64,000 nucleotides of DNA from Actinomycetota bacterium (lineage in GTDB: Bacteria; Actinomycetota; Geothermincolia; Geothermincolales; RBG-13-55-18). The notes beneath the pieces are model-generated. The model saw only the letters and a program-made list of their open reading frames with translations, did not search any database and was not told the DNA's origin. The position numbers were made by a program, and so were the translations under genes. Where the stretch lies: positions 11,815-75,814 of the forward strand of contig MU158684.1 in NCBI GenBank assembly GCA_015711955.1. The letters are read 5' to 3'. This document shows positions 1 to 8,513 of this stretch, piece after piece; positions within the stretch are counted from its first letter, which is position 1; each line of letters opens with the position of its first letter.

Positions 1-523
1 TTTCCAGCTTATAGTAGGCCTGTTCCAGGTCAGACCCCCAACAAAGGACTCCGTGGTTCTCCAAGAGGACCGCGTCTTGCTCCTCAAGGTAGGGGACCAC
101 TGCCTCTCCCAGCTCTGGGCTTCCAGGCATGCGAAAGGGGACGACGGGCACCTCCCCCAGGAAGATTATGGCCTCAGGCAGAAGGTGGCGGTCCAGCGCC
201 CTTCCTGCCACTGCAAATCCGGTGGCCACCGGCGGGTGGGCGTGCACCACCGCGCCTATGTCCGACCGTTCCCGATAAATTCTCAGGTGCATGGGGGTCT
301 CCGAGGTGGGTACCCCCTCGCCTCCCAGTATGTTTCCCTCAAGGTCCACCTGCAGGATTTGCTCTGGTTTCATGAAACCTTTGCTGACCAGGGTCGGCGT
401 GATGAGCACTCTGTCTTCCGCTAGGCGGGCGCTGATGTTGCCCGAGGTGGCGGAGGCCATGCCCCTCTGCCACATCCTGCGGCCGATCTCGCAAATCTCC
501 TCCCGCAAAGCCCGCTCGTCCAT
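1..523 (-). CDS. Class II aldolase/adducin-family protein (FucA/MtnB-like), 3' end cut by window edge
   Basis: Absent from the ORF track. Reverse-strand reading from ATG at 523 (SD AAGGAGG just upstream) gives MDERALREEICEIGRRMWQRGMASATSGNISARLAEDRVLITPTLVSKGF... and later GAVVHAHPPVAT. The GNISAR and HAHPP motifs are typical of class II aldolases. The frame stays open to position 1. Confidence 0.7.
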   Translation of the reverse strand, partial: MDERALREEICEIGRRMWQRGMASATSGNISARLAEDRVLITPTLVSKGFMKPEQILQVDLEGNILGGEGVPTSETPMHLRIYRERSDIGAVVHAHPPVATGFAVAGRALDRHLLPEAIIFLGEVPVVPFRMPGSPELGEAVVPYLEEQDAVLLENHGVLCWGSDLEQAYYKLE

Positions 524-784
524 GACCACCTCCTTCGTCGCTATCCCGGATCCTGAACGAATCATATCCGAGCCCGGTGTGGGATTGGCGCCCAGTCGGG
601 GGATCCGTCTTCCGGCGGGGACGGCCGGGTTTTTCTGGCGGAGATCGCCTGCCTCCTTCCATTCAGTTTCCCTCAATGGGCAGTGTCGGTTGGCGGCGTG
701 CGGGAGCGGGATTTCGCGGCGCGCATGGGCACCCCCTGCGAAGGCGAGTCGGCCTGACTTTCAGGGTAGGCCTCGGTTCAGGGA

Positions 785-835
785 TTTTCAAACCCGAAAC
801 CCTTGCCAGTTTGGGTTTTTGAAAAGGGTTTTCGG
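785..835 (-). terminator. Possible intrinsic terminator downstream of the 913..1398 gene
   Basis: On the minus strand CCCGAAAACCCTT ... AAGGGTTTCGGG form an imperfect stem followed by TTTG. The U-tract is short. Confidence 0.35.
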
Positions 836-912
836 GCAAGGGTCGTCGCGCGTGGGAAAGGTCGTTGAGCACATGGAGGTCTTCGTGCACGTAAAGGTCG
901 CCGCGCCTCAGG

Positions 913-1398
913 TTAGAAGATCCTCCTTTTCCACCACTTCTCTTTCTTGGCTGGCTTGGTCGGAGTCACCCTCACCCTCACCTTCTGCGTTGTCTCTTCA
1001 GGATATCCCGCGAAAGCCTCTTCCTCACTAGCGGAGGCTTTCCTGTCCTCCTCGTGTAACACCAAGGCCGCTATCACCTTGATGGGGCTGTCCTTCAACC
1101 TTCCCAGCGCGTCCTCCCATCCGCTGCGGGGACAGCCCATCTCCTCGTATACCTCTTGCAGGTGTTCGGCGAGGACGAAAGCCAGGGGTTTGACCTGGGT
1201 TTCATAGACGCTGAGCTCCTCGTCGCCGAACTCTTCGAAGGGCGTGTCGAGGAGGCTCAATATTCGGAAGGGGATGTCCATTCCCTTCTGTTTCAGTTTG
1301 CGTTCCAGTTTTCTCGTGAAAATGCAGCGGTGACGCACTCTGGTAGATACCGGACCCCCATCCTGGCGTGCCTGGGTGGACTCCTCTGAGAAGGACAT
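913..1398 (-). CDS. Hypothetical protein (161 aa) with acidic core and basic C-terminal tail
   Basis: Start moved to the internal ATG at 1398, preceded by AAGGAGGG. The product begins MSFSEESTQ... and ends KPAKKEKWWKRRIF. I recognise no family. Confidence 0.5.
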   Translation of the reverse strand: MSFSEESTQARQDGGPVSTRVRHRCIFTRKLERKLKQKGMDIPFRILSLLDTPFEEFGDEELSVYETQVKPLAFVLAEHLQEVYEEMGCPRSGWEDALGRLKDSPIKVIAALVLHEEDRKASASEEEAFAGYPEETTQKVRVRVTPTKPAKKEKWWKRRIF

Positions 1399-1757
1399 CG
1401 CGCAACCCTCCTTTTGCTTCCTCGCTATAATGCCTATCGGCAGGGGGGTGGGCGTGCTGTAGCGTTGGCTGCGCCTGCGGCTCACGGTTTTCCGCCGGTG
1501 GGTCCAATGGTCCGGTGAGAGGCTGCGTTGAGGGGGCGAGAGGTTACCCATGGGTTCCCTGACTGTCCCCGGTGGCCCGAGAACTCCCCCGCACCACGGC
1601 GGGGTGCCGAGAGCCGGGAGCGTTGGTGAGTGGACGGACCGGGAGGGAGGAATGTTTCCGAACGGGTGCCCTCCTTTTATTCATGACCGGTCGAACTTAT
1701 AATTTCCTCGGTCCCCGTAGACGGCTCCGACTCGCTCTCGGTGGAGGGAACGGTGAG

Positions 1758-2462
1758 ATGGGAGATCTCCCGGCGCACATCGGCATCATCATGGACGGCA
1801 ACGGAAGATGGGCCAAGTTGCGAGGCCTGCCCCGCATCGAGGGACACCGATGCGGGGAGGAGTCCATAATGGTGACCGTGAGGGCATGCGCGCGCTTGGG
1901 GGTTAAGTACCTGTCGCTGTTCGCCTTCTCCACCGAGAACTGGGAAAGACCGGAGGAAGAGGTGGCCTTCTTGGTGGGGATGAGCCGTGACATGTTGCGC
2001 CGCCGCTTGGACGAGTTCATGAGTCTGGGCGTCAGGATGCGTCACTTGGGGCGCAGGGACGGCATACCCGATCACATCTTGGCCTGGTTCGACCTAGCCG
2101 AGAAGGCCACCGCAGCGAACGAGGGCCTCACGCTGTGTATAAATTTCAACTACGGAGGCAGGGGGGAGATCCTGGACGCGGCGGCGCGCCTCGCGGGAAA
2201 CGCGCGGCGCGAGGAGATAATGCCTGAGGAATTGGACGAGGAACTCGTCAAAAGCGAGTTTTATTTTCCCGGCCTGCCCGACATCGACTTGCTGATAAGG
2301 ACGGCGGGCGAGATGAGGATAAGCAACTTCATGCTTTGGCACTGCGCGAATTCCTACATCCACGTCTCTCCGGTCCTCTGGCCCGACTTCCGAGAGCCAC
2401 ACCTAAAGGAGGCCATCGACCACTACAAGAGGATTAGCGAGGAGTCGGAGAGCGATTTTTAG
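1758..2462 (+). CDS. uppS: Isoprenyl transferase / undecaprenyl-diphosphate synthase
   Basis: Motifs HIGIIMDGNGRWA, FAFSTENWERP and IRTAGEMRISNFMLW are present. The internal ATG at 1758 follows GGAGGGA and gives a typical length of about 234 aa. Confidence 0.9.
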   Translation: MGDLPAHIGIIMDGNGRWAKLRGLPRIEGHRCGEESIMVTVRACARLGVKYLSLFAFSTENWERPEEEVAFLVGMSRDMLRRRLDEFMSLGVRMRHLGRRDGIPDHILAWFDLAEKATAANEGLTLCINFNYGGRGEILDAAARLAGNARREEIMPEELDEELVKSEFYFPGLPDIDLLIRTAGEMRISNFMLWHCANSYIHVSPVLWPDFREPHLKEAIDHYKRISEESESDF

Positions 2463-3034
2463 GGACTCAATTTTTGATATGAATCGGTATTACGCGCAAG
2501 TGAGGCGCAAGTTGGGTGCGGGCCGGGGGACTGCCGCTTCTTGGGCTCATCACAAAGCGCAGCGAACGTGATCTGGTATTTTCAGGAAAGTCAAGGCTCG
2601 ATCTGCACGCACGAATCCGTTGGGGTTTTTCTGTATGTAGAAAACCTACCGGCCAAGCTCCTTTTGAGAAAAGCTCATCCCGTAACAGCTCGCAGCAAAT
2701 CCGTCTTATTTCGTGTCTTTCATTAATATGATAAATATTAGGGACATGGTCTTGAAAAATATAAAAGTCAGGTGTATAAAAAGTAGGATCTCGTATATTT
2801 ATGAAAACGGAGCTTTGATAAGAAAAAATACATCAAAACACTTGTAGACAAAAAAATGGGTTCATGCGAGTAAAAAGCGGGAAAGGTGATGGTTGACAAC
2901 GGTGACCGAGGCCGATACGTAAGACACAAGGAGAGCGACGTAACCAGGGAGTTTTCGGTGTGGCCGGGCGGTCACGTTAGTTGAAATACCCGTGATTGAC
3001 GGGACAAGGAGAACCGGGTGAGGCGAAAGGAGAG

Positions 3035-3358
3035 ATGGAGATGCCAAGGACTGCGACGAAAAAGAACCAGGCCAAGAAGGCGGAGACGAAAGCCGCTGCG
3101 AGGAAGGCCACAACCGGCAAGGCCGCTGCGCGGACGGCCAGGGCTTTGGCCAAGGAGATAAAGCCCAGGAGGATACGCACCGGAAAGGTGGGGGCCCCTC
3201 GGGTGGACATCAAGAAATCCGATCTCCGCGTGCTTCTCAGGGAGGGACTGACCCTCAGGGAGATCGCCCAGATCTATCAATGCCATCCCTCCACCATTTC
3301 CAAGCGCAAGAAGGAATTCGGGATAAACGTTCCTCCTCGCCGGAGGGCGAGGGGCTGA
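3035..3358 (+). CDS. Small basic protein: Lys/Ala-rich histone-like N-terminus plus C-terminal helix-turn-helix
   Basis: The N-terminus reads PRTATKKNQAKKAETKAAARKATTGKAAARTARALAKE. The C-terminus LTLREIAQIYQCHPSTISKRKKEFGI resembles a resolvase or sigma-r4-type HTH. SD AAGGAGAG precedes the ATG at 3035. Confidence 0.55.
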   Translation: MEMPRTATKKNQAKKAETKAAARKATTGKAAARTARALAKEIKPRRIRTGKVGAPRVDIKKSDLRVLLREGLTLREIAQIYQCHPSTISKRKKEFGINVPPRRRARG

Positions 3359-3438
3359 TGGATTGCGCCAAGCAGGCGGGGTGGGGCTGATATTTTGTTC
3401 CCTGGCTCCCCTACGGGAGTGGGGATATACTTTTCTCG

Positions 3439-3819
3439 ATGGAAGGGAAGAAGATCCTCGTGGTGGAGGACGACCAGTCCTGGGCGCGCCTGATGGAGAT
3501 AATGCTGGGCGGCCGTGGGGTGAAAGTCGTCCTCTGCCCTTCTCCCCTCAACGCCGTGGAATTGGCTAAAAGGATCCACCCCGACTTGGTCGTTTTGGAC
3601 ATACACCTGCCGCGGTTCAGCGGGATTTGGGTGCTGAGAAGGCTTCGTCAAGCGGAGGAGACCAGGGGTATACCGGTGCTGGTCTCCTCCATACTTTCCA
3701 GTGAGCGAAGGATCAGGCAGTTGGAGAAGATGGGCAGGACCTATTTCGTGCCCAAGAGCAAGGGGTTTGGTGCCCTTTTGGACAGGATCGAGGAGATAAT
3801 TGGCGGATCGGTGCGGTGA
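3439..3819 (+). CDS. Single-domain response regulator (CheY-like receiver)
   Basis: KILVVEDD...DLVVLDIHLP...PVLVSS...VPKS is the canonical receiver pattern. No output domain is present. Confidence 0.85.
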   Translation: MEGKKILVVEDDQSWARLMEIMLGGRGVKVVLCPSPLNAVELAKRIHPDLVVLDIHLPRFSGIWVLRRLRQAEETRGIPVLVSSILSSERRIRQLEKMGRTYFVPKSKGFGALLDRIEEIIGGSVR

Positions 3820-3957
3820 GGTGGGCGGGCCCGAGCCGGCGAAGGCCGATGTATGGTCGAAGGGCGTCCCCTGTGGTTTCGGTGGTTCCCGGGTTGTGTC
3901 AAGCGTCGTCCGGGTGAGCGCATTTTATCCAGTCTGGAGGTGAGGCGCGTGGAGGTC

Positions 3958-4545
3958 ATGGAGGCGATAGCCGCAAGGAGGAGCATCCGCAGGTATTCGT
4001 CTCGTCCGGTGTCGGAAGGTTTGATCCGTCAAATACTGGAAGCGGGCAGACTCGCCCCCTCTGCCAGCAACCTCCAGACTTGGAAATTCAAGGTAGTAAC
4101 CGAACCCCATATCAGGAAGGCCTTGAGGGAGGCCGCTTACGACCAGCGCTTCGTGGAGGAGGCGCCGGTGGTGATAGTGGCCTGTGCCGACCTCGTCGCC
4201 CTGGGAGACCGCCTGAAGAGGACCCTCGAGCTCCTGAGGGCAGGCGCGGTGAAACCCAGCGCCGGCATGATCCTGTGGTATGTCCGCCAGAGGGGGAGCA
4301 AGGAAGAGGCCAGGGGATTCCTGCACGCGGTGATCAACGTCACCATCGCCGTTCAGAACATGGTGCTCGCCGCCACTTCCCTGGGCCTGGGAACCTGTTG
4401 GGTGAGGGCCTTCGAGGAGGAGAAGGTGGCCAAAGTCCTCCGCCTCCCGCCGGAGTATCCCCCCATATTCCTGCTGCCATTGGGATACCCGGCGGAAAGT
4501 CCTCGGCCCAGACCGAGAAGGCCCCTGGAGGAGATACTCCTTTGA
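3958..4545 (+). CDS. Nitroreductase-family oxidoreductase
   Basis: MEAIAARRSIRRYSSRPV...APSASNLQTWKF...LGLGTCWV. The start was moved to the ATG at 3958, preceded by GGAGG. Confidence 0.85.
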   Translation: MEAIAARRSIRRYSSRPVSEGLIRQILEAGRLAPSASNLQTWKFKVVTEPHIRKALREAAYDQRFVEEAPVVIVACADLVALGDRLKRTLELLRAGAVKPSAGMILWYVRQRGSKEEARGFLHAVINVTIAVQNMVLAATSLGLGTCWVRAFEEEKVAKVLRLPPEYPPIFLLPLGYPAESPRPRPRRPLEEILL

Positions 4546-4560
4546 CGGGGCAGGCGTTAA

Positions 4561-4615
4561 GGTGACGTTTAAATCACAAAGGTGACATTTAGATCAATCG
4601 GTGACATTTAAATCA
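4561..4615. repeat. Three tandem ~20-bp direct repeats GGTGACRTTTARATCA
   Basis: Copies are ggtgacgtttaaatca (4561), ggtgacatttagatca (4581) and ggtgacatttaaatca (4600). Each has an ATTTAAAT-type palindromic core. They lie between two convergent stop codons. Confidence 0.8.
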
Positions 4616-4670
4616 ATTGCACCGCGCACTCGCTGAAAAAGGCCCAGGCGGCGAGTCCGCTCCCCGCTTT

Positions 4671-5603
4671 TCAGGCTCTCTCCTTCTCCCTTTGAGAGGC
4701 GAACCACTCGGACAGCTGGCAGATGGGGCATAGGGGCTGCGAGGTCGGTTCTCCGCAGCTGGGACATGCGCCGGTGGGTCTCCACATGTACTCCTCACGA
4801 GGCGGCATGATCTCCATTAGCGACAGGAGAAGCTGCAGCTTTCCCGAGGGAACCGTCTTTTCGAGGGTCTCGAAGACCTCCTTCAGGGAATGTCCTTTGG
4901 GCGACCACACGGGGCATTTCTCGGGAAAGTGGGGTATGTCCCGCAACAAACAGTACTGAAGGGTGTGCCTCTCCGAGGTGAACATGATGGGTTTGACCTT
5001 CTTGGGCAGGTCGCCGATGGGGTCCAGTACCGGCGGTGGCAGGTAATGGCGGCGGGAAAGAAGGTTTTTGAAGGCGAAAAGGAGCATGTCCTCCAGGGTA
5101 TGGGCTGTGGCCAGAACGTTGGCCCCCGAGGCTCTTGCTTCCCTGTTCATGAGTGCTCTCTTGATGGCACCGCAAACGGCGCAGGGTTTCCAGCCCTTCA
5201 CCTTGGCCACCCTCAGGCCCAGCTCCCCTATGCGTACCACCCTCAGATCCACCCCCGCTTTGGAGGCCTGCTCCTCCACCAACGCCAGGTTGCGGTCGGA
5301 GAAATCGCCCATGTTCAGGTGGAAGTGGGTGGCGAGGAGGTCGAATCCCATGGAGGCAGAAAGCCTTTTGAGGGCAAAGAGCAGCGCCGCGGAGTCCTTA
5401 CCGCCCGAAAGGGCCACCAGCACCCGGTCACCCTCGCCGATCATGTCATATTTTTCCAGAGCGCGCCTGACCCTCCTCTCGAAGAAGCGGGGATAACAAG
5501 GAAGGCATACCTTCAAGTTGAACTCGGTGATCCTCATAACTTGGGCGGAAGAACCGCAAATGCGGCACTTGCCCTCCGCCATCGGATAAATCACCTTTTC
5601 CAT
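4671..5603 (-). CDS. PP-loop ATPase, TtuA/TtcA-like tRNA 2-thiolation protein
   Basis: It has an N-terminal CxxC...CxxC zinc finger, the PP-loop SGGKDS, a central CAVCG, and a C-terminal CPSCG...CPIC. Confidence 0.8.
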   Translation of the reverse strand: MEKVIYPMAEGKCRICGSSAQVMRITEFNLKVCLPCYPRFFERRVRRALEKYDMIGEGDRVLVALSGGKDSAALLFALKRLSASMGFDLLATHFHLNMGDFSDRNLALVEEQASKAGVDLRVVRIGELGLRVAKVKGWKPCAVCGAIKRALMNREARASGANVLATAHTLEDMLLFAFKNLLSRRHYLPPPVLDPIGDLPKKVKPIMFTSERHTLQYCLLRDIPHFPEKCPVWSPKGHSLKEVFETLEKTVPSGKLQLLLSLMEIMPPREEYMWRPTGACPSCGEPTSQPLCPICQLSEWFASQREKERA

Positions 5604-6047
5604 CCCATCACCCCACTCGCTTGCGGACGTTTCCTCTTGTGGGAAACCGAATAGTAGGCTCCCACCCTCCCTCGGAGCCCCTCACCCTCTCAGAGGATCC
5701 CCCTTCCACCCTGTCCGGGGGTCCCCCTTCAGTAAAACCGTCTTCCGATAGGGTTCTCGGTGCTCCGCAACGAGTCTCGGGTCTCTTGATCGCAGGGCTC
5801 GTTTGAGAGGTCACCACGCTCCCCGAAGACCTCTCCGTGCCCCAAAGAACCTCTGCCCTTTGACCCTCCGTGTCGTGGGCGTTCTCCCGCGCGCCATTTT
5901 ACGGGCATCCTAACCCAGAAGCGAGCCCGACACCCGTGTATCCTGTGGGTTTCGGGAAGGACACGCCATACGGACCGCACTGGGACCACAAAATAAATAG
6001 CAGACATCCGGTTCCTTGTGAACGATGCGATCGTCCAAAGTCGCCTC

Positions 6048-8513
6048 TCAGGGAAATGGACCGTCGTCTTTCCCGGTTGGGTTTAGGCGGGGAAACCGGA
6101 TGCGCAGGACCTTTCCCATGCCAAGGCTTTCCAGGCTCCCACCCATGAGCCCCACAAACCGTCTTGCCAGGGTGAGACCCAAGTCTTCCCGAGCCTCGTT
6201 TTCGCGGGCATTTTCCATGGTTCCCGTTGCGCCTTCGCCCTTCTCGCTGGACAGGACCGTGATCTGCGTCCCTTCTTCCCCTTTGCGCCAGACGAGAAGG
6301 ATCCTAGCCGGTGGCGAGGCAGGCCACGAAAGGGTGGCGAGGCGGATCGCCTGGGCCAGGCGTTCCGGGTCCACGACCACCGAACCACCTTCGCCATCTT
6401 CCTCCACCTCGGTTTCCACCTCTCCCACGGCCGCCGTTCGCAGCAAGTCCGCCACGTCCTCGGGGCTCAGTTCGCATAGGGCGAGGGACGTCTTGCCCGC
6501 CTCCACCCTCATGAGGTCGAGGAGCGCCTCCGTGAGCTCTCCCAATTCGCTGGCCCGCTGGAGGATCTGTATGCCCACCTCGCGCACCCTTGTCTCGGAA
6601 AAGGTGGAGTGGAGCTCCAGGGAAAGGTCCCTGATGGTCTGCAGGGGTCCTATCATGCCTTTCCCCGCCGTCTCCAGCAGTCGGGAAGCTTCCCGGTCCC
6701 GTTCCCTGGCAACCCTCAGCGATTCCCTCAGCTGATCCAACTGCTCCTCCAGAAGGCGGGTTTCCCGTTCCACGGCCATGACGAAGAAGGATATGAGTAC
6801 CAAGGAAAAGGCGTGGGTCGCGAGGACCATCGCGTCGCGAGCGGGGGACACAGCGGAGGGTACCAGGTACGCCAGCAGGGAACAGGTCAAGATAAAGATG
6901 TTCAGGCCCATCTGCCCTGATCTTGCGAGGTGGGTCGCGGAGGTCAGGATGGGGGGGAAGGAAAGGAGCGCTCCCCTCTCCAGTGCCGCCACCCAATAGG
7001 CAAGAAGGAGGAAGAGCGCCGCTGACCTCAGGGCGTGGAGAAGGTGGCCGGCGTTGCGATCGGGTCTTGTGACAAGGAGGGAGAGCAGAAGGACCAAGAG
7101 GTATGAGAGGGCCTTGCCGGGGCGGAGGGGCCCCGCGTGGCCGAAAAGGGCGAGCACGCCGAGGTAGAAGAGGAGGAACAGGGGCAGGTGGCCTACATGA
7201 CCCTTAATAGGGTGGTTATTCCTCCCCACCTTGACTCTCCCCTCGGGGCGTTGCGGGGTTCGCGCCGGCTCCTCGGATATGGGCAGGAGGAGGGTGAAGG
7301 TCGACCCCTTGCCCGGAGAGGTCACCACTCGGACGGTCCCGCCGTGAGAATCCGCGACTCCCTTGACCACTGCCAGTCCCAAGCCCGCTCCTCTGGGGTC
7401 CACCTCCCTTGAGCCGGTTCCCCTTCGAAAGGAGTGGAATATGAAGGCCAGCTCCTCCCGGGGAATGCCTGGGCCTCGGTCGGTCACCGAAACGTAAGCA
7501 TATCTCTCCGTGGAACCCACCCTCACCGTCACCACCTCCCCGGGAGGAGAGAACTTGATGGCGTTGGAGATGAGGTTGCCCAGCGCCAGTTGGACCATGG
7601 TGGGATCGGCGAGGATTATAGGGACTTCTCCGGAGCGCTCCAACCTCACTGAGACCTCATCCCGGAGCATGGAGGAGGCCTCGCATACCTCGGCCGCCAA
7701 CCGATCGAGCTCCAGCGGTTCCTTTCTCGGCGCGATCTCGCTCTCCACCCGGCAGAGATCCAAAAGCCCGGAAGCCAACCGAAGCATCCTTTCGGAGTTC
7801 TCCCCGATGATACGGGCGAACTCGTCCACTTTCTTGCCCGGCGGTTTCCTGGAGGAAAGTATCTCGGCGAAACCCTGCATGGACGTGAGGGGGGTTCGTA
7901 GCTCGTGGGAAACGGCGGAGATCCGCTCTGACTTTTCCCTTCCCCTTTCCAGGTGCCTTTCCAACTCCAGGGAAAGGGTTTCCCTGGTGCCCTCGATTTC
8001 CAGGATCTCCCTGCGCATGTCCATACCCAGCAAGACGCCCGCAAGGAACCACCCCGATCTTACCGCGGTTACCGCCCAATCGCCGCCCCTATGAGCCGAG
8101 ATCGTTACCGCTAAGGCGGTTGAGAGGATCAGCCAGAGGGATAAGGCGCAACGGTGGTCCAAGGAGACTCCGGCCAGAAGACAGCAGAAGAAGGCCATGG
8201 GGAAAAATGGGCTCTCGACCCCTCCGCCGAATGCCACGGCCAACACCGACAGGATGGACAAGGCCACAGCGCTTCCCAGGAACTGCGGCATGCCGGTGAG
8301 TGTCTCCCCTTCCCGGGGGAACCTCACCCGCACGGCGTGGTGCAGCAGGGCGAGCACCGCCAGGGAGATGGCGACGGCGTATAGGGCGGAGCGGTCGGTG
8401 TTCACTCGAGAGGGAAGGGATATGGCCAAGAGCAGACACGGCACGGCGGCCGCCGCTAAGAGGGAGAGTGCCCTGGATATCCTCCGCTCAAGGGGCATCT
8501 TCCTCCTCCCCAA
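6048..8513 (-). CDS. Tandem membrane sensor histidine kinase (intact HisKA/HATPase module followed by a degenerate second module)
   Basis: Module 1 has TM helices, H-box SHELRTPL, N-box NLISNAIKF, G1 DRGPGI and G2 GAGLGLAVV. Module 2 has new TM helices, a coiled coil, a DHp-like segment without the His, and an HATPase-like end that keeps only DLGLTLARRF. Confidence 0.85.
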   Translation of the reverse strand: MGRRKMPLERRISRALSLLAAAAVPCLLLAISLPSRVNTDRSALYAVAISLAVLALLHHAVRVRFPREGETLTGMPQFLGSAVALSILSVLAVAFGGGVESPFFPMAFFCCLLAGVSLDHRCALSLWLILSTALAVTISAHRGGDWAVTAVRSGWFLAGVLLGMDMRREILEIEGTRETLSLELERHLERGREKSERISAVSHELRTPLTSMQGFAEILSSRKPPGKKVDEFARIIGENSERMLRLASGLLDLCRVESEIAPRKEPLELDRLAAEVCEASSMLRDEVSVRLERSGEVPIILADPTMVQLALGNLISNAIKFSPPGEVVTVRVGSTERYAYVSVTDRGPGIPREELAFIFHSFRRGTGSREVDPRGAGLGLAVVKGVADSHGGTVRVVTSPGKGSTFTLLLPISEEPARTPQRPEGRVKVGRNNHPIKGHVGHLPLFLLFYLGVLALFGHAGPLRPGKALSYLLVLLLSLLVTRPDRNAGHLLHALRSAALFLLLAYWVAALERGALLSFPPILTSATHLARSGQMGLNIFILTCSLLAYLVPSAVSPARDAMVLATHAFSLVLISFFVMAVERETRLLEEQLDQLRESLRVARERDREASRLLETAGKGMIGPLQTIRDLSLELHSTFSETRVREVGIQILQRASELGELTEALLDLMRVEAGKTSLALCELSPEDVADLLRTAAVGEVETEVEEDGEGGSVVVDPERLAQAIRLATLSWPASPPARILLVWRKGEEGTQITVLSSEKGEGATGTMENARENEAREDLGLTLARRFVGLMGGSLESLGMGKVLRIRFPRLNPTGKDDGPFP

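Noticed and set aside
2590-2598. GTCAAGGCT, identical to 9 nt of the TetR operator half-site
   Set aside because: A single 9-mer match is about what chance predicts in 64 kb searched on both strands. No partner half-site is nearby.
4561-4615. CRISPR-like array
   Set aside because: There are only three copies, 16-bp repeats and 3-4-bp spacers, with no cas genes. It is not a CRISPR array and is kept as an iteron-like repeat.
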